Assembly: GCA_964372325.1 (NCBI GenBank)
Contig: CAYJQG010000003.1
Location: 1 to 46,294 of the forward strand
DNA: 46,294 nt
Origin: an uncultured Candidatus Saccharibacteria bacterium
GTDB taxonomy: Bacteria > Patescibacteriota > Minisyncoccia > UBA6257 > JAUSGH01
Direction of reading: 5' to 3'
Position 1 is the stretch's first letter; each line of letters starts with the position of its first letter. Position numbers and translations under genes: made by a program. Positions 16,045 through 23,577 of this stretch are shown one piece after another. The notes beneath the pieces were generated by a model that worked only from the letters and a program-made list of their open reading frames with translations, was not told the origin of the DNA and searched no databases.

Positions 16045-18159
16045 CTATTCCAGATGTACGTTTTTCTGAAATAACTCGAATCGCTTTTTAAGCGCTGGGA
16101 ATTCTTTGAGTGTTTGGTCTTTTTTAATTATTGCAACTGCTGCAGCACGAGCAGCTTTTACAAGTTCCATATTATTTAACGCTTGCATTGCCATGTCGGG
16201 CACACCAGTTTGACTGGCCCCCAAAAACTCTCCTGGGCCACGAATAGCTAAATCTTTTTCGGCGAGCTCGAAACCATTTTTTGCTTCGATCAACGATTTT
16301 AATCGTCGTTCGGATGTCTCACTTTTAGAATCGGTGAACAGCAAACAAAACGATTGGTGCTCGCCACGCCCCACCCGACCCCGAAACTGATACAGCTGCG
16401 CCAAACCAAAACGCTCTGCGCCTTCGACCATCATAATTGTTGCGTTCGGAATATCGACACCGACTTCGATCACTGACGTTGAAACGAGAATATCAATCTC
16501 GTGCGCAGCGAATTTTGCCATTACACTTCCTTTTTCTTTTGGCTTCATTTTGCCGTGGAGCATTGCAAGGTGAAGGTTGGGGAAAATTTTTGTCGATAGT
16601 TTTTCAAACTCTTCTTTTAATGCCTTAGCTTCGTTCCAGCGCAGCAAGTCTGCCGCGCCTTCGACATGTTCAACTTTTTCGATGCGTGGATAAATCACAA
16701 ACGCTTGTCGCCCTTTTTTAATTTGTTCGCGAATAAATTCATATGCCTTTGGTCTATTTTCTGGTGAAACAATTTTTGTCATGATTTCTTTGCGACCCTC
16801 GGGAAGTTCAGTAATCGTCGACAAATCGAGGTCACCAAATACCGTAAGCATTATTGTGCGAGGTATTGGAGTTGCGCTCATCGACAAGAAGTGGGGGATA
16901 TACTCTTGTTTTTGTGCCGTTAACGCCGCGCGTTGCGCAACACCAAAACGATGTTGCTCGTCGACAATTGCAAGCGCAAGCGCTGGAAATTTTAACGTTT
17001 TTTCGATAATAGCGTGCGTGCCGATGACTAATTTAATTTCCTTGCGCGCAACTTTTTCTTGAAAATCTGCCTTTTTGATATCTGCCTCTAGGCCAGATTC
17101 AAAAAATATCTTTGCCCCCGCACCGGTTAACATACCAATGGGCACATTGCAGCGCCCGAAAATTCTCGTCAATGTTTTGTAGTGTTGCTGCGCCAAGACC
17201 TCGGTTGGGGCCATAAATGCTGACTGATATCCATTTTCTGCCGCAACGATTGCGGCAATCGCCGCGATAACCGTTTTCCCCGAACCGACATCGCCCTGCA
17301 ACAGTCGGTTCATTGGTCGGCTCTCTGCGATGTCGTTTAAGACCTCCATTAAGCTTTGCCTTTGCCCACCAGTGAGCTCGAACGGCAACATCTTTTTTAA
17401 TTGTTCAACGAATTCATCTTTCGCTTTTAACGCTGGGGCTTTTTCTTGTGCGAGTCGAAGACGCATCTTGATATTGTTGATCTGCAGCAAAAAAAGATCT
17501 TCAAATGCGAAACGTTGTTTGGCTTGCATTGCCATTTCAATAGTTTTCGGAAAATGAATCTGGCGAAGCGCAATATTAATTTCTGGGAATGCGTTTGTGC
17601 GCAACACTTCTTCGGGCAAAAAATCTTCGAGCCGCTCGAGATTTGCGAGCACAGGCTTTGTGAGATATCGAATACCTTTTGAGGTGAGCCCCTTTGTTTC
17701 GGGATACACCGGGATAAGCCCCGCGGTGTGCTTTGCTTCGCCCATGTTACCACCCACGAGTTCGTATGAAGGGTTTGAAAGGTACAAACCGTTTTCACCA
17801 TCGGTTACTTTCCCCGCAAAGTTTGCAATACGACCCTGGCGCAATGTTTTCGCAATAAACGGCTGGTTAAACCATACTGCAGTAATAACTCCAGTCTCGT
17901 CCATGATTTCAGCCTCGACGATTACCATATGTTTCCGAAATGTGCGACGTACTCCTATGCGCTGTATAACTCCCTGGAGTGTTGCAAGTTGATTCATTTC
18001 CAAATCGGCGATGTGCACAACGTTTGAAAAATCTTCGTACCGAGTAGGGAAGTGCCACAACAAGTCGCGCACGGTTTTTATACCAAGCTTTGCAAGCTTT
18101 ATTAAAAATCGTGGCGGAAGTCCTTTGATGTTAATTATCGGTGTTGAAATAGAAAGCAT
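16045..18159 (-). CDS. recG: ATP-dependent DNA helicase RecG
   Basis: LLQGDVGSGKT (Walker A), VDEQHRFGV (DEQH box) and QFRGRVGRG. ATG 18157-18159 (MLSISTPIINIKGL) was chosen. Confidence 0.92.
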   Translation of the reverse strand: MLSISTPIINIKGLPPRFLIKLAKLGIKTVRDLLWHFPTRYEDFSNVVHIADLEMNQLATLQGVIQRIGVRRTFRKHMVIVEAEIMDETGVITAVWFNQPFIAKTLRQGRIANFAGKVTDGENGLYLSNPSYELVGGNMGEAKHTAGLIPVYPETKGLTSKGIRYLTKPVLANLERLEDFLPEEVLRTNAFPEINIALRQIHFPKTIEMAMQAKQRFAFEDLFLLQINNIKMRLRLAQEKAPALKAKDEFVEQLKKMLPFELTGGQRQSLMEVLNDIAESRPMNRLLQGDVGSGKTVIAAIAAIVAAENGYQSAFMAPTEVLAQQHYKTLTRIFGRCNVPIGMLTGAGAKIFFESGLEADIKKADFQEKVARKEIKLVIGTHAIIEKTLKFPALALAIVDEQHRFGVAQRAALTAQKQEYIPHFLSMSATPIPRTIMLTVFGDLDLSTITELPEGRKEIMTKIVSPENRPKAYEFIREQIKKGRQAFVIYPRIEKVEHVEGAADLLRWNEAKALKEEFEKLSTKIFPNLHLAMLHGKMKPKEKGSVMAKFAAHEIDILVSTSVIEVGVDIPNATIMMVEGAERFGLAQLYQFRGRVGRGEHQSFCLLFTDSKSETSERRLKSLIEAKNGFELAEKDLAIRGPGEFLGASQTGVPDMAMQALNNMELVKAARAAAVAIIKKDQTLKEFPALKKRFELFQKNVHLE

Positions 18160-18236
18160 AGCAATCTCTTTGGTGTTTGGGACGAGTATACTCTCGCTAT
18201 AGTTTATTTGCAAATGTGCTCAACGTCTTCTATCGG

Positions 18237-18308
18237 TGCCCCCAGTAGGAATCGAACCTACATCAACGGTTTCGAAGACCGATACTTTATCCATTAAGCT
18301 ATGGGGGC
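18237..18308 (-). tRNA. tRNA-Arg(UCG)
   Basis: The reverse complement folds as acceptor GCCCCCA/TGGGGGC, anticodon arm TCGGT-CTTCGAA-ACCGT and T-arm GTAGG-TTCGATT-CCTAC. A73 is present and CCA is not encoded. Confidence 0.88.
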
Positions 18309-18434
18309 TATGAGACTTGTCTCCTAATAACATCATCTCATTAAAGAAGAGTCTATATATTGTCTCTATTGTGCCATGATCTTCACAAAAAAGACAGAGT
18401 GTAGTAAATTAGGACACATAACCGTTATAATCTT

Positions 18435-18505
18435 GCCCTCATAGCTCAGTGGTAGAGCAGCTGCCTTTTAAGCAGTTGATCATGGTTCGATTCCATGTGA
18501 GGGCA
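18435..18505 (+). tRNA. tRNA-Lys(UUU)
   Basis: Acceptor GCCCTCA/TGAGGGC, D-arm GCTC-AGTGGTA-GAGC, anticodon arm GCTGC-CTTTTAA-GCAGT and T-arm CATGG-TTCGATT-CCATG. CCA is not encoded. Confidence 0.9.
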
Positions 18506-18509
18506 CAAG

Positions 18510-18583
18510 GCCCCTATAGCTTAGTGGTAAAGCACCTGCCTCTTAAGCAGAGTACCTTGGTTCGATTCCAAGTGGGGGCACCA
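18510..18583 (+). tRNA. tRNA-Lys(CUU)
   Basis: Acceptor GCCCCTA/TGGGGGC, anticodon loop CTCTTAA and T-arm CTTGG-TTCGATT-CCAAG. A73 and CCA are encoded. Confidence 0.88.
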
Positions 18584-18623
18584 AAATCTGACTTTCCGAT
18601 TTTTTAGAGCCAATTAGCGGATA

Positions 18624-19421
18624 TTATTCTATTGGCCGCCCGTAGCGCACGAGTTCGTCGTAAAGCGAAGCATCGTGCATTTTAATTTCTTCCATCGTTT
18701 TCGGAGAATGCAATATCTCTTCAAGTACCCCGGGTTTTTGCCCTACTGCTTCGTGCAACGTCGCTCGCATCGATCGCGCTACCGAGGTAATTTGTTTATA
18801 CAACGTAGGGCATAAAACACGTATAACCTCTGCCCAGCGCTTTACGACCTCAAATTCTTCTTGTGCGTGCGCCTTCGATAATCGGAAAAACAAAAAATTC
18901 GCCTCTGGGCTCTGGCGCATCTCTTCCGTGAGGTATTGACGATCGTCCGCAGGATCGAACTTTTCGCTAAATTCCTCAACTGCGGAGCTCGGATACCCCA
19001 ACGCAAGACCAAGTTGCTTTTTATCTCCACTTTCTACAGCGCCACACAGAAACTGCAGTACTTCATTCGTCTGCGCAATAGCAAAATCGATTGAAGTTGC
19101 AAATACTGTTTCATTGTCCTCTTCAAGAATTTCTTCAATTTCTTTTTCGTAGAGCAGCCCACTGTACTCCAAACACTCTTCGATGGCTCTAATCCTTTTT
19201 GTAAATTCTTCGGCGGTTACAATTTTCGACGACGCTCTATGCTGCAAACCAATGAGCGATGCGGGTTTTACGCCTTGCATCGTTAATATCATTAATGCCC
19301 GGTCTTGATGGTTTAGAAAAGGCATCTGTGCGAACCGCTCCATAAGCCCTTCAATTTTCTCTTGTTGTTCCGCGTCACTTCTCCCGCTGGGGGATGGTGC
19401 TATGTTCAATTGTTTTGTCAT
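18624..19421 (-). CDS. Hypothetical protein (265 aa, acidic, helical)
   Basis: Long ORF with an ATG start. No motif recognised. Confidence 0.65.
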   Translation of the reverse strand: MTKQLNIAPSPSGRSDAEQQEKIEGLMERFAQMPFLNHQDRALMILTMQGVKPASLIGLQHRASSKIVTAEEFTKRIRAIEECLEYSGLLYEKEIEEILEEDNETVFATSIDFAIAQTNEVLQFLCGAVESGDKKQLGLALGYPSSAVEEFSEKFDPADDRQYLTEEMRQSPEANFLFFRLSKAHAQEEFEVVKRWAEVIRVLCPTLYKQITSVARSMRATLHEAVGQKPGVLEEILHSPKTMEEIKMHDASLYDELVRYGRPIE

Positions 19422-19461
19422 GCTGTTGATTATAGCCTAAGACTTGTACAATATTAATACT

Positions 19462-20046
19462 ATGTCTATCGATCTACCAAAAAATGGCGACCTCTTTTCG
19501 CCCGATGACCTTACCAGGGCATCGCAAGCTTTAGCGCAACACGCGCCAACACCACCACCGCAACCGAACAGCCCCGAAGGCAAGCCAAAAAAGCGCTCAC
19601 TCTTTCTTTCGCTTGAAAGCCTTATGGTTGCATTACTCCCCCCGACAGGGAGCAACGAAGACTCCGTATCCACCGCGGAAGCACTACAAACCGGCTTGTT
19701 TTATCTTGACTGCACAAAAGAAGAGTTTTTTAACCGCGCTGGCACTGTTCATGAGCGTTTAAACTTTTTTATCCCTCCGTTTAATCCCACAGAAGAAAGC
19801 AGCAGTCGCCGCGCACGACGTGCACGGGGTGTTGCAGCATACCAGAAAATTCTTTTTGCAATTGTGTTGGCCGAATCTAGTGGTAGAGTTGTTTGGCCAG
19901 CGGGCGAACACCGAACATATGCCGAACTCAATACATTATTAACGAAACATACCATTCATCCATTGCCCGATATCCCAGACTTCCACGGAGAAGAAGCGGC
20001 TAAAAAATTAAAGGGCGTCGATGGAATTTCTGAGATAAATTTTTAG
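19462..20046 (+). CDS. Hypothetical protein (194 aa)
   Basis: ATG 19462 inside ORF 19444..20046, divergent from 18624..19421. Pro-rich N-terminus. No motif recognised. Confidence 0.6.
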   Translation: MSIDLPKNGDLFSPDDLTRASQALAQHAPTPPPQPNSPEGKPKKRSLFLSLESLMVALLPPTGSNEDSVSTAEALQTGLFYLDCTKEEFFNRAGTVHERLNFFIPPFNPTEESSSRRARRARGVAAYQKILFAIVLAESSGRVVWPAGEHRTYAELNTLLTKHTIHPLPDIPDFHGEEAAKKLKGVDGISEINF

Positions 20047-20113
20047 CATCATTCTTCTCCTTAACTGTGTACGTTATTGGCGATTAGTCATATATAACGT
20101 AAACAGTTGCGAA

Positions 20114-20282
20114 GTAGCCCCTCACGCTATGTATGCCTCGGCTTATGACTTTTCGGGAGACCGCTTCGCCAGCTTTAGACGATTATAAGCTGGCTGCACT
20201 TGGCTTTGAGTCTCCCTCAAAGTCATAAGCCGAGGCATACTATATTATTATTAAGTTATTATTGGATAGTGCGAGGGGTTAC
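20114..20282. mobile_element. MITE family X, copy 1 (169 nt)
   Basis: Ends GTAGCCCCTCACGCTATGTATGCCTCGGCTTATGAC and GTCATAAGCCGAGGCATAC...GGATAGTGCGAGGGGTTAC. The same ends occur at 23110..23444. TTGCGAA is present on both flanks (20107-20113, 20284-20290). Confidence 0.8.
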
Positions 20283-20378
20283 ATTGCGAACTATTGACTT
20301 TACTGAGAACCTTTGCTACAGTCTTATTCGGTTCCTTGATTTACTCGCCACGCACAACCAGATGAAGGAGGTCGCGTC

Positions 20379-20798
20379 ATGAAGTATTCCCCGATTCCTG
20401 GAGTTGGAATTTCATTTGACCTTGTGAGTGCACCTGAAGTGCCGCTCACCTTACCCAACTTTCGTCGTATTATGGATGAAGCCCTTCGTGGGCTTGAAGT
20501 TGAACCGGGAGATTTGGTTCTTGAAACTCCTGGGGCATCGAGCGTCTATATTCTCGACTATATTATTCCGATCGAAGAGGAGATGAGCCTTGCAGATTTC
20601 TATAAGTTGCTCGACGCTGCTCGAGAAACAATTGCTCATGCCGAGCACAACATCAGCCCCACGCTTGAGTTGCCCGATGGCGACGGTGTGCTTAATTTCA
20701 AGAAGCGTTTGCCGGTGGTGAGCACCGATGATTGGAATGAAGATGAGAATCCTCGGACGCCACAGTCCAATCCCAATGAAGATGATTATTATGTTTGA
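20379..20798 (+). CDS. Hypothetical acidic protein (139 aa)
   Basis: A strong RBS, GAAGGAGG, lies 8 nt upstream of ATG 20379. No motif recognised. It ends 11 nt before the tRNA cluster. Confidence 0.7.
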   Translation: MKYSPIPGVGISFDLVSAPEVPLTLPNFRRIMDEALRGLEVEPGDLVLETPGASSVYILDYIIPIEEEMSLADFYKLLDAARETIAHAEHNISPTLELPDGDGVLNFKKRLPVVSTDDWNEDENPRTPQSNPNEDDYYV

Positions 20799-20809
20799 TT
20801 CTCCTCCGT

Positions 20810-20914
20810 AGCCGAGTGGCGGAATGGCAGACCTGTCTGACGGCAGGCAGGCGCGGCAGTTTCAAGAACTGCTGCCTAAGGGCCACGAGGGTTCAACTCC
20901 CTCCCCGGCTACCA
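20810..20914 (+). tRNA. tRNA-Leu(CAA) interrupted in the D-loop by a 20-nt palindrome
   Basis: Without 20832-20851 it is an 85-nt class II tRNA. The fold is AGCCGAG TG GCG-GAATGGCAGA-CGC G GCAGT-TTCAAGA-ACTGC, variable arm TGCCTAAGGGCCAC, T-arm GAGGG-TTCAACT-CCCTC, then CCCGGCT A CCA. There is one A-C mismatch in the acceptor stem. Confidence 0.75.
20832..20851. repeat. CCTGCC-family palindrome unit inside tRNA-Leu
   Basis: CCTGTCTG-ACGG-CAGGCAGG, an 8-bp stem including one G-T pair, with a 4-nt loop. Confidence 0.9.
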
Positions 20915-21006
20915 CAGTGGCACAGCGCGAATCGCACATCTTACTTTCGTTACTTGCAACGTGCGGCTCGCGATAAGCGATTTGCGATAAGCTATCTTCC
21001 CCACGT

Positions 21007-21084
21007 GGCCGGGTGGCGAAACTGGCAAACGCGGCGTATTTAAAATGCGTGCAACTGAGGGTTCGAATCCCTCCCCGGCTACCA
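21007..21084 (+). tRNA. tRNA-Leu(UAA)-like with truncated variable region
   Basis: GGCCGGG TG GCG-AAACTGGCAAA-CGC G GCGTA-TTTAAAA-TGCGT GCAACT GAGGG-TTCGAAT-CCCTC CCCGGCT A CCA. The D-arm and 3' half are Leu-type, but the variable loop is only 6 nt and the anticodon stem has two G-U pairs. Confidence 0.5.
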
Positions 21085-21154
21085 CTCCGAATACCGCACG
21101 TAGCGCCTAACGCCAAGCGCTTCGCGATAAGCGATAAGCGATATGCTAACAACT

Positions 21155-21232
21155 GGCGCCGTGGCCGAGGATGGTTCAGGCAGCGGTTTGCAAAACCGCT
21201 CACGGCGTGTCCACTCACGCCCGGCGTCTCCA
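21155..21232 (+). tRNA. tRNA-Cys(GCA)-like, atypical
   Basis: GGCGCCG TG GCC-GAGGATGGTTCA-GGC A GCGGT-TTGCAAA-ACCGC TCAC GGCGT-GTCCACTC-ACGCC CGGCGTC T CCA. U73 and GCA fit Cys identity. The D-arm looks class II-like and the T-loop lacks the TTC consensus. Confidence 0.45.
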
Positions 21233-21252
21233 CTTTCAGATTTCTGATCTCT

Positions 21253-21280
21253 GACCCCTACGGGGGTCTTTTCTATTTTC
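21253..21280 (+). terminator. Intrinsic terminator after the tRNA cluster
   Basis: GACCCC-TACG-GGGGTC, followed by TTTTCTATTTTC. Confidence 0.75.
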
Positions 21281-21375
21281 TTCATCTTCAATACTATTAA
21301 ACTACGCAAAATTATTTTACATCTATTGCACTGCTTTGTTGTACCGCTGTTGCACCGCAAAATTACTACTATCAC

Positions 21376-21417
21376 CAAAACTCGAATAACATACGATCGT
21401 ATGTTATTCGAGTTTTG
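21376..21417. repeat. Long perfect palindrome P3 (42 nt)
   Basis: CAAAACTCGAATAACATACGA|TCGTATGTTATTCGAGTTTTG, centred on CGATCG. Confidence 0.95.
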
Positions 21418-21479
21418 TGGGTGCGTAGTGAAAGTTTGGATATGTCCAGGTCCATATACATAGTGACCAGTACAGCCTA

Positions 21480-21507
21480 TTGACAGATTTTGGTGGTCTG
21501 CTATAAT
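21480..21507 (+). promoter_or_regulatory. Near-consensus sigma70 promoter
   Basis: TTGACA (21480-21485), a 16-nt spacer, then TATAAT (21502-21507). Confidence 0.55.
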
Positions 21508-21543
21508 GAGTAGCGATGTGATAGATGGCTTGTTGCAAAGGGC

Positions 21544-21571
21544 TTGACAGAATTAATAGGTATGGTATAAT
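21544..21571 (+). promoter_or_regulatory. Second near-consensus sigma70 promoter
   Basis: TTGACA (21544-21549), a 16-nt spacer, then TATAAT (21566-21571). It lies 64 nt downstream of the first. Confidence 0.55.
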
Positions 21572-21893
21572 AAGCCCATACGGTTGAAGTGAAGTGATGA
21601 ATGGAATGGATGAACAACGACAGCACGACAGCACATTGGCTTCATAAAAAAATTGTTTCTAAATATAAGGTAAGGATTTAGGGCATATAGATGTTGGCGG
21701 AAGATACGGCAGCAAATTGCTTATCGCGCGTCGCTAATCGTTAGCAATAACGATTCACGACCTGCGACCCGCAATTTGCCGCTGCCTCTTTCGCCAACAT
21801 CTGGCGACGATTTTCGGGTCTCTGTACCGGAGCCTTTTGGCTTCGGAGTTATACAGAGGATACGAATTTCGGAATTACTTTTAGAGGTGGACC

Positions 21894-22595
21894 ATGAACT
21901 CCCGTTTGAACTCCCGTTTGAACTCCCGTTTCGTCACGCTCAATGCGGGCCTTATCGAGAAGCTCGAAGCCGCTCACGCGGCCTTCGACAAGGCCCACAA
22001 GCCCGACCCCGCGCTCCGCGCGGAGGTAACGGCCGAGATCGCGGCGCGGCCGCATCTCGTGAGCGTCGAACCGCTGGGCAATACCACGCGCGGCGTGGTT
22101 GCCCAGCGGGCTCTGGTGCAGGGCCTCGCAGACCTCGTGTCCGCGGGAGTCTGCCGGTCGGGGATCCTGATCGAGCTCGCAAACTCGATCGGGGAGGCTC
22201 CGGCCGACCCGAAGCGGGACAAGCTGTGGGTCCTCCGCAAGGAGGGGCCCGCGGCCCAGCGGCGCTTTGCGCTGCTGGCCGAAGCCGGCGGGGGCACCCC
22301 CGTCGAGGCCCATCAGCGCCTCCAGGCGTTGGTGGCCGCTGGCGCGGTGGCTGGAGCTTCGCTCCAGGTCCGCTGTGCCGCGGCGTCTGCGAAGACGCTT
22401 GCGGCGAAGTTCGCCAAGGCGTTCGAGCGGGAGCTTTCCCGCCCGGCGCCGGCGGCGGCTTCGGCCCGCCCCCACGCGGCGGTGACGAACGTCGGGGCGG
22501 AGGTGGAAAGGGCCCTGGCAGGGGCCAAATCCACCACTCCCGCCGCCCCCGCTCCGGCCGCGCCCGCGGTCGGAAAAGGGAGGGGGGGCAAGTAG
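21894..22595 (+). CDS. 233-aa Ala-rich protein of unknown function, high-GC cassette 3
   Basis: GAGGTGG lies 4 nt before ATG 21894. It is the only frame in the GC-rich block with protein-like composition. The overlapping 216-345-aa ORFs on both strands are Arg/Pro/Gly junk. It begins with three 12-nt tandem repeats (21897-21932, NSRL NSRL NSRF). Confidence 0.6.
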   Translation: MNSRLNSRLNSRFVTLNAGLIEKLEAAHAAFDKAHKPDPALRAEVTAEIAARPHLVSVEPLGNTTRGVVAQRALVQGLADLVSAGVCRSGILIELANSIGEAPADPKRDKLWVLRKEGPAAQRRFALLAEAGGGTPVEAHQRLQALVAAGAVAGASLQVRCAAASAKTLAAKFAKAFERELSRPAPAAASARPHAAVTNVGAEVERALAGAKSTTPAAPAPAAPAVGKGRGGK

Positions 22596-22869
22596 GCCGC
22601 ACGGGCCTAGGTCGCCCCGAGCGGAACTCCGGGTGGTCGTATGGAGGGTTCGCCCTCTGTACGTTCCACCCGGGGTAACCCGCGCCTGAACGATCTCCAA
22701 CTCTCCCCCGAGTAGCGCCGCCGGGCTTAACCGCCCAATGGCACTCAAAGTATGCGCGCTGTGCCCTACGGGGCTAGCCGCAGGCGCTTCTCGGGAGCCT
22801 GTGGCCTGGTCAAGGAACAATTTCTCTTTTTGCCCCTTGTGGGGCAGGAGATGAAAATGAAGTGATAAC

Positions 22870-22928
22870 ATTTCACCCCCGCACATCGCGGGGGTGAAAT
22901 ATTTTTAATCCGCTTTGCGGATTTTTTT
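22870..22928 (+). terminator. Two tandem intrinsic terminators
   Basis: ATTTCACCCCC-GCACATCGC-GGGGGTGAAAT followed by ATTTTT, then AATCCGC-TTT-GCGGATT followed by TTTTT. Confidence 0.75.
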
Positions 22929-22956
22929 GACTTTACAACGATAACCGTGCTATACT
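22927..22956 (+). promoter_or_regulatory. Possible sigma70 promoter
   Basis: TTGACT, an 18-nt spacer, then TATACT. No convincing ORF lies downstream before the MITE at 23110. Confidence 0.35.
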
Positions 22957-23109
22957 GTTATTAAAGGTGTTATCGTATAAATTGCGATTAACCACTTGTC
23001 AATAAAAATGGTCCTTGTATCAAGGGCTGTTTTTATTTACTATGAGCATGCGTGGATTCGGGCTCGTAGTTTATGCAGTAAAATAACACCTTTGACAAGT
23101 GGTGAAGCG

Positions 23110-23444
23110 GTAACCCCTCACGCTACGTATGCCTCGACTCATGACTTTAGGGGAGCCCACCTTGCGAAGGATATGTTTCCCGAACGGATATCGCTTCTCA
23201 AAAACAGAATAATTTTACTCCGGTAAAATTTCCTTCTCTCTCGGTCCCATCTTATTAAAACATAGGTTATTGACGGACGGGACCTCCGAGATGTTTCTCG
23301 AAACGATATCCGTTCGGGAAACATTCGTTATTGCACCTGCCTGCCGGCAGATAGGCTTGGCTTCGGAACCCAGTCTCCCTCAAAGTTATGAGCCGAGAGC
23401 ATACTTATATTACTCAGTTATTATTGGATAGCGTGAGGGGTTAC
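23110..23444. mobile_element. MITE family X, copy 2 (335 nt), carrying nested inserts
   Basis: It has the same ends as 20114..20282, in the same orientation. It contains a 152-nt inner element with perfect 21-bp inverted repeats (23173-23193 and 23304-23324) and a CCTGCC unit at 23336-23356. Confidence 0.8.
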
Positions 23445-23577
23445 ACAACGAAGGCTTGCATTTTTAAATAGGGTATGCTATACTAGTTAACGATTGGAGA
23501 ATTTACTACTGGTGATGTAACTGGCACTTGGTGCGGTCGTCGCTAGTGGAGAGTTCTTTGATAGAAACGAGGTTCCC

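Noticed and set aside
21776-22886. Overlapping ORFs of 300, 345, 216, 107, 92 and 72 aa on both strands of the high-GC block
   Set aside because: Their Arg/Pro/Gly-dominated composition is typical of out-of-frame reading of GC-rich DNA. None has an RBS. Only the 21894..22595 frame has protein-like composition and a Shine-Dalgarno sequence.
11785-22930. High-GC blocks as assembly chimeras or contamination
   Set aside because: This cannot be excluded without reads, but it is disfavoured. The blocks are only 0.2-1.1 kb. Each is embedded between host-like AT-rich sequence on both sides, and cassettes 1 and 3 sit behind AT-context promoter boxes. They were kept as findings with read-level checks specified.
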